From NCBI GenBank assembly GCA_964252035.1, contig OZ176216.1: a stretch of DNA of 64,000 nt; one strand, written 5' to 3'. Under the pieces are notes generated by a model. It was not told the origin of the DNA and did not search any database. It worked only from the letters and a program-made list of their open reading frames with translations. This DNA comes from Podarcis erhardii. Taxonomy: Eukaryota. Made by a program: the position numbers and the translations under genes. Of this stretch, positions 13,425 to 26,484 are shown one piece after another; the first letter of the stretch is position 1, and every line of letters begins with the position of its first letter.

Positions 13425-14210
13425 AGTTCATAAGATGCGCTTGCTGGATCAAGGGCCCATTTAGTTCAGCATACTGTTCTCGCCATGGTCAGCCAGATGC
13501 ATAGATGTCAACTGTCCCTCATTTGGTGGGAAAATCCCTTATCCCAGCGCTGTGTCCCACAGCTGTCCCTTATTGATGATGTCCCTTAAATTTCCAGGGT
13601 TTCAAAGGAAGCAGCTCCTCTCCCTCCCTCCCTGCTGGCCAGGGAGGAGGGAGGCTCCAACTGTGTTGCTTGGCTGCGTTGCTCTAAGAATGACTGGGGG
13701 GTGGAGCTTGCATGCCTTGTGCGCGTTGCCTGGGGACTCGCCTTTGCTCAGCGCTTCTCAGTGGAGAGGTGATGGTGGTTTTCCTTGCTGCATCCCCTTT
13801 GCTGGGTTGCTGCTCTGTGGGAACCACCACTTGAGGCTTTGTTTGGCTGCTGGCTGGGCTTTCTGCCTTTGGCTCAGGAGCTGGTTGACTAAAATCCCTT
13901 ATTTTGGCTGCTGATCCCTTATTTTCAAGGCTGCTGGTCCCTTATTTTCAAATCTGTAAGTTGACAACTATGGCCAGATGCCTGTGGGAAACCCCCAAGC
14001 AGGGCCCAAGCCCAAGAGCCCTCTCCCCTTCTGTCGCTTCCAGGACCTGGTATTCAAAAGCATTACTGCTTCTGACCACAGATGCAGAGTCTATCCACTA
14101 TGGCTAATAGCTATGGATAGCCTTCTCCTCTGAGAATTTGCCCAATCCTATTTTCAAGCTATCCAAGTTGGTGGTTATTCCTGTCTCCAGCAGGAGTGAG
14201 TTCCATAGTT
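13425..14210 (-). mobile_element. CR1-like LINE 3' fragment interrupted by a hAT MITE
   Basis: gctggatca...gccagatg|cctgtgggaaac...tagccttctcc...ttccatagttta matches the CR1-type 3' ends at 24245, 48485 and 53590. Confidence 0.7.
13500..13972. mobile_element. hAT non-autonomous element
   Basis: TIRs catagatgtcaact / agttgacaactatg; perfect 8-bp TSD GCCAGATG (13492-13499 and 13973-13980). Confidence 0.88.
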
Positions 14211-15148
14211 TATGTGCTTTGTTTTATCTCTCCTGAATCTTCCAGCATTTGGCTCCATATACATCCATTCTTTCTTTTAAATACTTTGTAAACAGCTTGG
14301 AAAATAACGTTAGTATCATCCTGTCTCTGACTCGCTGCCTCCTCCCCACACCCTGACTGATTTGTCACAGGACTGATGCAGGTATTCAAAATTCTTGGGG
14401 AGAAAGACGGGGTGGGAGGAGGCAGGAGTGGAAGGGAAAGTGTTACAGAGGAGCTGGAAGCCAAGAAGCCCGGAATAAATGACATACGTTTAAAGACACG
14501 TTAGAAGATTAATTGTGGAAGTTCGAGCACACAGCAACAAGACTTAAATGTAATATTAACGGCACCTATTTTTGTTGCCTTCTCCTGCAGGAGCACTTTG
14601 GAAGTAGAGAGCAGGAGATGGGAGGGGGGACCACTTTGCAGTAATAGGTGTTATTTATATCAGAGAGCAGCACTGGGTATCGCAAAATGTGAGGTTTCAA
14701 GGTAATAGCTGGACCCACACAATCATCATTACCCAGTTAAAGGGCAATTTCTAGGATACCAAATGCGGTGAGAAAACAGCAGGCGGGCAGTAAATATAAT
14801 TCATTTCTCTCTCCCCCTCCCGCCTTATTATTCATTTTCTAATCTGATTGTGTTAAAGGAACACAAAAGGCTTGGCTGAGCAGAGAGAGTGAAACCGATA
14901 ATCATCATAGGAGCAATTGATGATGAGAAACTGTGTTGATGCCTTTCAGGGGCATCGGCAGGCCTGTTCCTTTTCCTTCTTCTTCTTCTTGCCAAAGTCA
15001 CAACTCCCTCTTCTGCGGGACTTTCATTTCCCTTCCCAACGTGCTTGTGGAAAGACAAGCATGACGAAACATCTCACAGAGATCCAGGCCACAGAACACA
15101 CAGTACTCAGTAGGGGCAGTGTGGGCCCCTGGCGAAATGTGCATAAAA

Positions 15149-15271
15149 TTGGAGGTTTTTAAGCAGAGGTTGGGTGGCCATCTGTTGGGGATGCTTTTGC
15201 TGAGATTCCTGCATTGCTGGGGCTTGGAAAAGAGGGACCTGAGGATCCATTCCAACTCTACAATTCTCTGA
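15149..15271 (+). mobile_element. CR1 3' tail fragment (similar pieces near 17230, 29030, 34191-34320, 45130 and 55201-55335)
   Basis: ggaggtttttaagcagaggttgg...ccttccaactcta motif, as at the end of the CR1 at 42761-43312. Confidence 0.75.
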
Positions 15272-15471
15272 TCCTCAAAAGACAGAGTTGTTCCGCCTGG
15301 CCTTTGGCCTGGAGCCAATTTGATTCCCTCCCCCTCTTTCTTGTTTCTTTTTCCTTTCTCCTCCTGTGATGAGGCTGCATTTTAATATTTTAATGTTTCA
15401 ATATTTTAATTGTTGTATCTTGTTTAATCTTGTTTTTTAAGTTGTATTCATTCAACTTGTTTTTATTATTG

Positions 15472-15544
15472 CTTGTTAGCCGCCCTGAGCCCGGCCTTGG
15501 CTGGGGAGGGCGGGGTATAAATAAAAATTATTATTATTATTATT
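15472..15544 (+). mobile_element. L2 3' terminus with (ATT)n tail
   Basis: Near-identical in reverse complement to the tail of the L2 at 51754-52771 (ttagccgccctgagcccggc...gggcgggg...ataaataaaa). Confidence 0.85.
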
Positions 15545-17042
15545 AAAGGTATTTTCTTTTATCCAGAATTTTCTAGCATTCAGATTCATTGGACATCTCT
15601 GAGTTCCTGAGTATTTTTTTGGGGGGGAGGGGTTCTTCTCTCTCTACCGGCAGAACTTTCAGCAGTAGCAGTGCCCCCCTCCCTCCAATGCCTGAAACCA
15701 TCATTCCACTTCTTGCCCTTCTGCTTTAATCAGCCCTGGCAGCTGAATGTTTGGGATCATCTCTCTGATAGGTGGGAGTCTTATCGGGGGCGGGGAGGGA
15801 TTTAATGATCTGAACCATGACTTTATTCTGCTAATCAACGTAAACGTGGGATTATTTACAACGCAAAGAACAGCCTTGTGGATCTTGTTTAATTAAGCTT
15901 ATCGCGGCAAACCTGATCCAGTTCCCCAATGGATTAATGTAACTAATTCAATATCCTCTTTTAAGAAGCATCACAATAAATGCCGTGGGATGTAATTCAC
16001 TCACAAGAACCTCCACTCAACCTCCACTTTATGAGACAAGTAGGACTGCAGGGGAGGGGCTGCTGTGCTGTGTTTTTTTTAAAAAAAAAAACCACAAACC
16101 TAACCCAGAGAGAGAAAGAGAGGGAGAGAGTTGGCTTCCCATCTAATCCTGCCACCCTCTTCTGCATTACAATTGCTGTTATCTGCTCTGTGCTTGCCTG
16201 CACTTAATTCTGGGATCCTTCCATTTCTAGCATCATGTGTCCCCCGCTTCCCTTTCATCTTGTTTGCTAACACTTTGAGTTGTGCTGTTCCTAATATCCT
16301 TGGTGTCACTAGGATTTCAGTTCAGGGCTTGAAAAAAAGTGCCCTCTTTTTTTTTTTTTTGCTTTTTAGCTGTGTTCTTCTCTGCTTTGTACCTCAGTTT
16401 GTTTGTTAAAAGAGCAAGGCGGGCCGATGTGACACGCTTGTTCTTGTTTCCTGCAGAAATCAAAGACAGTATGGCAGCAACTTGAAGCATAGCTCTATGA
16501 TACTGGGGGGGGGGGTGGCAGATGGGAGGGTAAGCCCTAAGGGGCTTGTGCCTATTATACCTGAAAGGACCCTGAAGTGTTCTTCCAAAATATAAGGGGC
16601 TGTCACACATAAGAGGGCAAAAACTTGGGGTTGTGTAGCCAACAAAGTCATCTGCTTTGGACTTCCTCTCCTTCTTCTCACACTCCAAGACCCCCAGATC
16701 CATAGCTGTCCCTTTTTTTAAGGGAAATTCCCTTATTCCGAATAGGATTGCTCGCAAGAAAAGGGAAAAGTTGACAGCTATGCCCAGATCTGTCCTGAAA
16801 AGTTGGGGAAAGCCTGCTAATAGATTGGGGGGGGGGTGCACAGGGAGAGAAATCCCATTGTGCAGGTGGACATCCTGCTAATGGTATGATGTTGCTGGAT
16901 ACAGCCCTTGTTCACTCTTGTTCCTGAGGGCAGGAATAGATGCTTAAGTTATATGCTTAATTTTCAGGAGAGTAGCCTTTGGTTGGTCCTTAGGAGAAAC
17001 CACTGGATGGGAAGAGCAACTTGACAGTGGAATCAGCTGACT

Positions 17043-17220
17043 AGGGTCACATCCACACTGTGCATTTAAAACTCCTCTAAAGCGCATGGCTTCCCACAAA
17101 GAATTCTGGGAACTGCGGTGTACCCTTCACAGAGCTACAATTCCCAGCACCCTCAAATGACTTTCTAGGATGCTTTGGGGGAAGCCACATGCTTCAAATG
17201 TACTATTTGTATGTGAGCTA
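17043..17220. mobile_element. Palindromic MITE (other copies 39375-39685, 44570-45090, about 61105-61240)
   Basis: Shared cacagagctacaattccc and ctttgggggaagcc motifs and internal dyad symmetry. Confidence 0.6.
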
Positions 17221-17923
17221 GAAGAGCAGTAGGCTCTTCTGGAGTCTTCAACCAGAAGTTGGATAGGCATCTGTTGGGGTGCGTGGTAGCTCTGGATTTC
17301 CTACTAGAAGGACCCCATCTCAACTCTGTGGTTCTACACACACACTTTTCATTTTAAACCATGGTTATTAAGATTGAGCAGGGACACTCCTGTAAAATTA
17401 ATATTCACTGAGTCAGAATTGCAAGTATATGCAGAAGGTGACGTTCTCATTGATTTTGCATCAGCACTGGAATTCTCTTCCTCCAAAGACTCACTAAATG
17501 CATCCTCCAAAAAACATTGTAAGACTTAAATTCCAAACTTTTGGTAGCTAAGGGAAAGAGCATAGAAAAATTAACATATAGTATTTCCATCCACCACTGT
17601 CTGGATATTCTCATGCTATAGATCAGAGGATGCTGATTTACTAAATGTATATCCTCCCGTTGTCAGAAGACCACTAGGCAGATTCTAACATGCAACCGAA
17701 AGGTCAATGCATGACCTAATACATATGCATCCTAAAAACTGAAACAATTATATACATACAAGTCTAAAAATAATTGCATAATAAAATACAGATTCTTGTA
17801 ACAGTAATAGCATACAAATGAATGGGGAGAAAATCAGCAGCAGTGTATCTAAAATAAAAAAACAGAAAGGCACAAAGAGTCTTCACACAGAATCTTCTCT
17901 CAAGTGTAGCTCTTAATCCTGGC

Positions 17924-18803
17924 CAGTGGCGTAGCGTGGGGGGTGCAAGGGGTGCCGGCCGCACCGGGCGCAACATCTGGGGGGGCACACTCGCTGCCTC
18001 CAGAGTCGCCGAAGAGCCTCGGGGCTCAGCTCCTTTGGGAGGAGGGGTCAGGCTGGGCGACCAGGGGGAGCAGCAGGCGCCAGCAAGGAGGTCCGGAGCC
18101 GGAGCCGGAGCCTGGCCAGGATCGCGCGCAGGACGGGGCGCAAGAGGGAGGGGAGAGTCGAGCCTGTCCCCCCCGCGAGGACTGCTGCGAAGAGGCGGGA
18201 GGGAGAGGAGGCCCCTTGGGAGGAGCGCGCAGGTGCTGGGGCGGCAGCGCTGGGCGGGGGCCGAGGGGTGGGCGCCCCCCTGCGCAGGCATCGCCGCGCC
18301 GCCGCCGCGGGCTTGGCTGGGCCGCCGGCCGAGGGGAAGCACCAAACAAGGCCAGGATCCAGGCCCGCCCCGCTCCCCTTATTTGGCGCCCGGTTCCGGC
18401 TCCCGGGTGGCCTCCTCCCACCCCCTCTCGCTACCAGTGGAAAGAGAGACGGAGCCGCAGCGGAACCCGCAGCCTTTGCAGGCGCCGGCCGGGGGAGGGG
18501 AGCGCGGAGGAGCCCCGCGGGGCCTGGGCCCGGCCAGCCGAGCCTCCCGAATTGCGCCCCGCAGCCAGGATCTTGTGGCGAGGAAGGAGCCCAGTCTGCG
18601 CCCTCCTTCCCCACAGAGCTGCAGAGGGAAATCAAGGTTCTCCTGCTAGTTTCTCTTCTTCTCTTCCCCACACTGCGTTGCAACCGTGCCCCCAGCGGCG
18701 GCAGGTTAGGGGTTAGGGGCGCAAATTACTTGCCTTGCCCCGGGTTATGGGGCGCAAATTACTTGCCTTGCCCCGGGTGCTGACAACCCACGCTACGCCG
18801 CTG
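17924..18803 (+). mobile_element. Young hAT non-autonomous element (880 bp) with GC/CpG-rich interior
   Basis: TIRs CAGTGGCGTAGCGTGG / CCACGCTACGCCGCTG; perfect 8-bp TSD ATCCTGGC (17916-17923 and 18804-18811); two subterminal direct repeats ggggcgcaaattacttgccttgccccgggt. Confidence 0.93.
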
Positions 18804-20412
18804 ATCCTGGCCACCCACAGAAAATGACAGACCTTCCCAGCTTTCACCTGGGAGCTTCCCTTTCTTCTCCCAGTCTTGCATCCTGGGAGATCTTCACTTT
18901 CCTGCCTCCCAGGGTCCCTTCCACCATCTACCTGCCACTTTCATGTGGATGCAGTTCTTGGCACCCACTGACATCCCAGAAAGGGTGGCACGGGACTTAG
19001 TTGAACCTGGATGGAGTCAGGGGTTTTCTGTTGCTGAAAGACAGCAACCTTGTCTGGCTTCCTGGCTGGTATGTCCTCTAAGCCTCCCATAACAAATAAA
19101 TCAGGCATGTGGCTCTAATCCTTCTGGTAAAGGGAGAATATTCACAAGTTATCTGGCCCGATGAAAACAAGCTTGTTCAAAATGTGCCTGATTCCATTGT
19201 TGTTGTTTTTTCCCCTTTCCACTGAGTCCCTGCAAACGTGCCCAAAATTTTGCTCCATATAAATGGAATTAACCAATTAGCAATGTGCTGGCAGCCTTGG
19301 AATCTCAACCTGGCAGCTCTGAATGCTTTGCCCCTCACTCCACACATCACATGCTTTGCGGCGAACTCTTGAGCAGGGGCTACCAACCAGTACAATTCAG
19401 TACGGATGCTGCAGTGAGGCCAGGCGAAGACATTAGCATCCTTCAAACCAGTAGAATTGGCACAGAAACAGCTTCTACTTCTCTGTAGGCCAGATCAGGA
19501 ATATGTGCTTTCTGCAGGGCTTGGTAAAGATGCCAAACCTGATGTTTGCAGTTTTAAATTTCATTTCAGCACCTCTTCATATGTTCTCTTTTGTGCATAC
19601 AGTACCAGGGCTTGCAAACCTTTGGGTACACATTTTCCATGGACACCCTCCACCCTCCACCCCCCACATCCACACACTCATGCATTCACACACACAGCAA
19701 ACACAACTCTCTCTCACTTCCTCTCTTATCAGCAGTTAGGTTTGAAAATTTGTTTTCCTCGCAAACCTAATGGAGAGTGGTGGGGTGATCTTCCCAATGA
19801 GTGAGTCGAGGGAAGCAAGAACTAACTTTCCACCTTCAGGTGCAATTTCCAGAAAGTGTGCCCCACCACCATAATGCTTGGGACACAACAACAACCTTCT
19901 ACTGGAACCCTATGTGGCGATACCAAAGATTGGACTTGGGATCTTCTACATACCAGGACAAAACAAGTTTCCTCACAGCCATAATCTCCATGCCTGGAAA
20001 CTCCTGGTTAATTATTGACTTTATGTTATTAAGAATGAATGGATTGTTTCTTGATACAAAACTTCCAAAGTGGTGTGACAATAATTTTTTTTTTACAAAA
20101 AAATTAAAACAATAAAGCCACAAAGATCGATAAAATGAACAAGAAGCAGGAGACAGAATTAATAAAACAGCAGTCCATAAAATCCATGAAACGAAGCAGA
20201 AACAATTCTGCTAAAAGCCTCGGTGAATGAAGAAGCCTTAACCTGGCACAGGAAGGATAGTAGTGCAAACCTGGCGCCTGAAGGATAATAATGTTTTACT
20301 TTTTAAACAAGCTTCTGTTGCTGCTTAATGTATTGATTGATGGTGCAGCTCTCTGCGTTTTCCAGTGTTGTAAGCTTGGCAATCTGATAGATGGGTGTCT
20401 GCTTTTTATTTA

Positions 20413-20543
20413 CAAGTAGGTAGCCGTGTTGGTCTGCCATAGTCGAAACAAAATAAAAAAATTCCTTCCAGTAGCACCTTAGAGACCAACTAAGTTTGTT
20501 ATTGGTAGGAGCTTTCGTGTGCATGCACTCTTCTTCAGATACC
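20413..20543. mobile_element. Penelope-like terminal repeat fragment
   Basis: ccagtagcaccttagagacc...tgtgcatgcactcttcttcagatac matches 48006-48078 of the GIY-YIG-bearing copy. Confidence 0.8.
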
Positions 20544-20605
20544 ACTTTTTATTTGTAAGCTGCTTTAAGCAATTCCTTAGTGGAGGAGAAAAGCAGGAAA
20601 TGAGA

Positions 20606-20610
<5 letters not shown>

Positions 20611-20650
<40 letters not shown>
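20611..20650. repeat. (AG)20 microsatellite
   Basis: Seen directly. Confidence 0.95.
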
Positions 20651-20651
<1 letters not shown>

Positions 20652-20654
<3 letters not shown>

Positions 20655-20788
20655 TTAGAGCATGGTGCTGACAACAACAAGGTTGCAGGTTCAGTCCCCA
20701 TAAGGGACAGCTGAATATTCCTGCCCTGCAGAGCATTGGACTAGAATGATTGATCCTCAGGGTCATTTCTAACTCTATGATTCTATGA
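20652..20788 (+). mobile_element. SINE with tRNA-Ile-derived head and CR1 tail
   Basis: tggttagagcatggtgctgacaacaacaaggttgcaggttcagtcccc resembles tRNA-Ile, followed by the CR1 3' end ...aactctatgattctatga. Confidence 0.7.
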
Positions 20789-23700
20789 GACATTGCAGTC
20801 TATGAGCTTCTTGCAATGAGATAGAATATGAGGATATATATGCACTTCACAGATCTCTCAAGGGAGGCCGTTCTAAAGGCTGTGCTCCTCTCTCTCCTGT
20901 GATCACCCATCAATTTGCAGAAGGAAAGGACCCCCAAGAACTCCCTCAGAAGTATAGATCACAAATTAGGTCGAGGTTCATATGGGAGGAGGAGGTCCTT
21001 CAAGCTACAACAGGAATCTTACTCTGTGTCAGCAATGGAGGCACATTTCTGGCCCCACAGGCTAGATCCTTACCTGGCTCCACCTTGTAGGCCAGCTTTG
21101 ACAGGTGGGCAGTGCAACCCACCTGTCATTCACCTGACAGCATTATTTCAAGTGATGGACAGGTGGGTTTTCCTGCCTATCTGTCAAAGTCTCTTCCGAA
21201 GCACTTTTCAAGTGCCTGGCAGCCAGCTGGTTGTTGGGTGCTTGGGAATTACAGTGCAAGGGGCTTTGCTGCTCTAGTGTCACTAAGTGGTTTGCATGTA
21301 AACCACTGCAAAATTTGAGCTTTCCCCTCTCCATTTTAGCAGCAGTTTCAGTGCTTGGTGCTATTGGAGCAACACATATCCCACCATCAGCAGATGAGAG
21401 GCGGGGGCACCTTGCTCCAACATAGAAACAGTCAGGAGCTCACTTGAAGCTCCAGATTGTTCTTTCATAGCCACGTTGGTGCCCACCCCACACTTAACAT
21501 CATGCAGGTGAGCATGGTTTAAAGACAAAGACCTTGCAGGCCAAATGGAGAGGCTTCACAGGCCAGGTTTTGCCCATTGGCTAGAAGTTCCCCACCCCAG
21601 CCTTACACTTTAGTTTAGCTAGCATGCCAGTTAATCTGGACCACAGAGGTATTGCTGTATCTACCAGTAAATTGCAGCAAGCTCATTTCTTAATAAAATA
21701 AAAGCCTGTTATTGAGCTGGTACAAGGAGGTTCTCCATTTCAGGAAGGAAACAAGAGATGCAGATCATATGATGCTGCGAAATTCAAGGGCATATAGAGA
21801 AGCAGGAGTGCAATTATGTGATTTAATTAAATGATTACGATAGGGGTGAAGTCCTTCGCAAGAAGCAAGACTGGGATTGTTTACTTTTGGAAGGAAGGTG
21901 GATGAGAGAAAGAGTACATTATTAAAAGTACACTGAGAAGACTTATTTGGCTCGCCTCAGAGAAGAAAGAAGGCACCCAGTGATAGAAGGTAGTAAATTC
22001 AAAACTGATAAGTGAAAATAATGAAAGCGTTTGTTTGCAAATCAAAGGTGTGTGCGCATGTAAAAATCTTGTTTATAGTCTCTCCTACAATTCTGGCCTC
22101 CGTACTTTTTGCCCACCCCTCAACTAAGACCTCAGAAGAGATTTAGCTAGTGAAACTGAAGTATTAGTCCTGACTTTTGCTCCACAGATGGATCTGCACT
22201 TGTTTTGGGCCCTGATAGGCAAATAAAGAGGCAGGCACATAAGCTGGGGTTTAACTGGGCCTCTTTTATTTAGACTTTAACTTATAATAAGCGGGGGGGT
22301 GACTATGGAGCAGGAACTGACTTAGCTGTATAACTATAGCCATTGGGCAACCTGCCTTGGTCACACCCTGAAGGTGAGAAGGGAGGCCTTGGCTTGTCGC
22401 CAGGACCACAAAACCCCAGGTGAATGGGGGAGTTTGGCCTCAAAGGACCTTGATTTTGGCCCCTGTCTCAAAACTGCCTCTTTACCTCCACTGTCCTCTA
22501 TTGGGGTGCTTTGAAAAATTGCAAGGCTTCTTCTCTCCAACCCTAACATTGTAGCTCCCCTGCCTGCAAGGGCCTTGGCATCCTCCTCATCCTTGCTTAG
22601 TGTGTCTCATCCAGACAGAGTGAGCTGCTAAGTGTCATGCGTGCAGGGTGCTCTGCTAATGCTGGCCTCTTTCCTTCTTTTGCTTTATTCACTGGTGACA
22701 GTTTCATAAAACCCAGCCACCACTCACTATCCATCAAATCTCAGAATCCAAAGTCCAGAACGCCTTGCATCTCTCCACTCCATCATCGCCGCTATAAATC
22801 CTGACAGGTATCTTTTCGCCCAAATTCCCAGTGCCTCGTGTTTCTACATATCATTTCCTCCTTCCTGGTTTTGGTTGGCCAAGTACATTTTATTACTTAT
22901 CACCCCTTCCCCCCCAGTGCTAAAAATTTCTACTGGGTTTAATTAAATCTCCTGTTCATCTGATGCACATGCCAAGTGACTTTGCCCTGGAAGGCTCCCC
23001 CCCCCCCTCTCTCTCTCTCTCGGGGCCAAGTTAGATTTGACAGCAGAATAGATGTGCATTGAAACCCTGATCTGCCACCATCCGGCAGAAAGCAGCTAGT
23101 CCTTGGCTTTAATGAGCAGAAGGTCCAGTAAGGTAGGGTAGGTAGGGAAAGCTCAGTCCTGCGCCACTGTCCTTCTCTGTTGCCCCTTTCACTCACTTCC
23201 AGAATCAGACTCAGGAATGGTTGGAACAAGGGGTTTGTAAAGAGGCACGCCTAGGGTGGAATGAGAGGGTTTAAACACCCTGATCTGCTGCTACTGCAAA
23301 GAAAAGAATAAACCATGCACCTTAAGTCCAATCAGACACATATCAAACAAGAAGTTTCACAGTTTGTGATTCCATTGAGTGATATGCAACTTACCAGCTA
23401 TGAATCAGACTATGGCAGGTCCTAGAGACCCTCCAAAAGCCTGCTTTTGGATCTCCCAAGCAAGCATATGTGATTTATTGAGACCCTGATAGGGCACCAC
23501 ACATGGCTAATAATGGTCTCCTGCATTTCAGCTCAGTGGGCCACAGGGCTTGCAGGCCTAAACAAAAGACATGTGGGAAGCTCCAGGTTAGGTTTTTCTA
23601 ACTTCTGTCATTTACAGAATGGACATGTTGTATATTAACTGTTTATTGCAACAGCCAGGGATGATGCATGAATGTGAATAGGTGAAAGGCATATCTAACT

Positions 23701-24244
23701 CTATAACAAGCCTGCTCATGCCATCCTCACACGATCTCAGAACACAGGGCGTCTTTAAGAGAGTCAGTTCAGACATTCAAATGCAAGTCATTGAGCTACG
23801 TATGTGCCATATTTGAACTGGCCCTTTTGACTACAACTGATTTCTTGTAAATATCTGACCACATGTTGAAATCAGAACAGAGCCACAAGAAATGCTGTGC
23901 TTCTGGTGGTTTGTTTTCATCTAATCAAGTGAAGTTATATTTCTGTGCAAAACAAGCAAATGCATAACAATTACAGGGAACGCACAACAATTACAGGGAA
24001 AGGTCATGCTAGCAGTCGTTTTCTAAAATTACACATGGGGTGTTAAATGGTGTAGCTAGAGTTCGCATTAGGTGCCACTCATGACCCTCTGACAAAAGGA
24101 GGAGTTTGGAGGGCAGCTTACTGTACTCTTAACCCACCAGGTTCCCACAGTTCATGAGTGGTCTGCTAGGGCCAGTTAGCAATTGGTGACTTTTACCTGT
24201 TCAGATCAGATTTTCCTCAGAACTAATCTCTTGTGCTTGGGTCA

Positions 24245-24346
24245 TGCTGGCTGGTTTCTCACAGCCATCTGGTTGGCCACTGTGAGAACAGGATACTGGA
24301 CCAGATAGTCCATGGGCCTGATCCAGCAGGCTCTTCTTATGTCCTT
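24245..24346 (+). mobile_element. CR1-type LINE 3' end
   Basis: ggttggccactgtgagaacaggat...cctgatccagcaggctcttcttatg; reverse copies near 1680, 29890, 31850 and 53600. Confidence 0.7.
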
Positions 24347-26094
24347 AGGCTTATCCTGAGTCCAAATAATAGAGAAATCACCCAGCTTATTTCTAGGACA
24401 ATATGAACTGGAACCCTCTCCTTCCCCTCCACCATCCTTGTGAGCCTCCAATCCTTCTTGCTTCCACCCCATGCATAACCACCACCTCTACTGACATTGA
24501 AGTAACCCTTGGGGAAACTACATTTCCCATGGGCTATTTGCAGGTGAGGAGATGAGACCTACCTCCCTGTCTTTCAGTTACTTGCCATGGCTTGCCACCA
24601 CTTTCCACATCCTTTCCACAACTGGACTAGGAGATAGCGCAGGTGAGAGCTTTTGAAGGAGCGACGCAGGGGATGGGATGGGAATTCTTCTCTGACTCAG
24701 GTTGAAATCTAATTCAGAGAAGAATTCAGAAAAGAACAGTTAGGAGCCCCTTGGACTTGTATTTCTGAGCCTGGAGCTATGGTCACTGTGACATTATTAT
24801 CAATGGTCAAGATGTTCCCTGCTTGCCTCTTCTTCTAAAGTCCTCACTGCAGTCTTTGATCACTCTGATGCTTTTCTTTCCCTGTGGTTTTTAGCACCTT
24901 TGGGGAGTCAAAGGCAGCATGTGCATGCAGACAGCTCTTGTTCCTTTCCAGCATCTTTCTGGATGCTGTTGCTAGGTGAGAAGCTGGAAGTTCTTCTAGC
25001 TGCAGCTACTGCTATGCCTTTACTTTTGATTGAAGAGATCACACTCCCTGCTATGCCTGTCTCCCCATCAGCCTCCGCCGCCACCCACCCGCCCAGCCAG
25101 GGGTTTTCATTACAAAGGCATTAACTGCCATCTGGTGACAAGGTTTGCAGTCCGGATGGCAAATGATGAACTCAGCTGAAAGAGGAGTTGGTGCATGTGA
25201 AGCAAAGGCAAAAGAGACAACATCCTCCAGACACCCAGCTTCAGAATGACAGCCGGACTGTCTTCCTCTCTTTGCAACATGAAGGTCCTCTTTCCTCCCC
25301 TCTCTTGCTTTGTTTGTTCAGTCAAGTCAGACAAGGCATGACTCACTTGAGCCCACTCTCCTGCTCTCCTCTTGGCTGCCTCTAAAAAAACTCACCCTTT
25401 TTTTATTCTGCAAAATCAAACCACCCCCTCCTTCAAGATCTGGTGGCCCATGAATGTCACACGGTTATGGCAGGTGTTTTGAGCTTATGGGAGAAAGATA
25501 GCTGCACTCCTGTAGTTCTTGCAAGGAGAGAGCCGTTATACCTGAGATCACAAAAGGAGGGAGCAGCAGACAGTAACCTGGCAACACACTTCCTTGGGTG
25601 TACCAAATAGGACCATTTTTACCTGGACCGAGAGATAAGCTTTTGGCAGGGAAATGACATTCTGAGTATTAACAAACCTCCTCTATAGCCCAGCATCCTT
25701 CAATGATGTCCCTGGACATTAAAATAGAGCCAATACCTTATTGTCTTCCCTCCGAGGCAATTTTGAAGAAGCTGATTATTATATTTTTAAAAAATATGCT
25801 TGATACACACAAAACAATGATTAAGAGAAGGAAAAATAGACCCTATTATTAAGGAGTGGAATTGCAGAGCTCCAGGCTATTTTGCCTTTCCTCTTCCTAC
25901 CCTCACCCCTCCTTCTTCACCTGAATTCATTCTCGCTCTGTTTCTTAAAAAGGGGGGGAGGAGAGAGAGTCAATTTAAATGTAGCTCTCAGGCCCTGTCC
26001 AAAAGCAATAAGAGTCAGAATGGCATGATCAGCTAAACATTATCAAGCCCCTTTGTCTGTCCAGGAGAGAGGTTAAAATTTAAGTAATCCTGTG

Positions 26095-26129
<35 letters not shown>

Positions 26130-26446
26130 GCTCTCTCTTCAGTGCAACTTTCCTCCTCCCCTTCCTTTCTAGAGTAATAGTGGGTATTTTTAAATCCACT
26201 GGCAGCAGGGTCCATCACAGAAACAGAAACAGAAACCCTCCTGCCTCTCCACTGGAGCTCCACTTGACAGCCCCATAATGAGGGACTTTGCAAATTCCTC
26301 ACAGTTTACTGAATTGACAGCCTGAAGGGTTGAGACTGTCTCCAGCAGAGGGGAAATTTACACACAAACAAACCCAACAACAAGACGCAAACCTTGCAAA
26401 CATCTTTAACCCAGCCGAAATACCAAAGAAAAGACAAATTGCATGC

Positions 26447-26484
26447 ATCTATCTATCTATCTATCTATCTAGATCTATCTATCT
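26447..26484. repeat. (ATCT)n tetranucleotide repeat, one interruption
   Basis: Seen directly. Confidence 0.9.

Noticed and set aside
16457-16529. Possible cassette exon (ttcctgcag...gtaagc)
   Set aside because: Splice-like motifs only; it contains stops and a G homopolymer and has no GRIK4 homology. It cannot be supported without RNA data.
17764-18783. Cluster of 130-257-aa ORFs on both strands, and an apparent CpG-island promoter of GRIK4
   Set aside because: It lies within a TIR/TSD-bounded hAT element. The long frames are explained by very high GC content (few stops), with low-complexity Gly/Ala/Pro/Arg products.
20652-20705. tRNA-Ile gene
   Set aside because: Degenerate, lacks the 5' acceptor stem and continues into a CR1 tail, so it is a SINE head. 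The same applies to the other tRNA-like heads (35223, 37234, 46449).
22150-22620. LTR-like segment
   Set aside because: Composition is suggestive, but I could not define TG...CA ends or a TSD.
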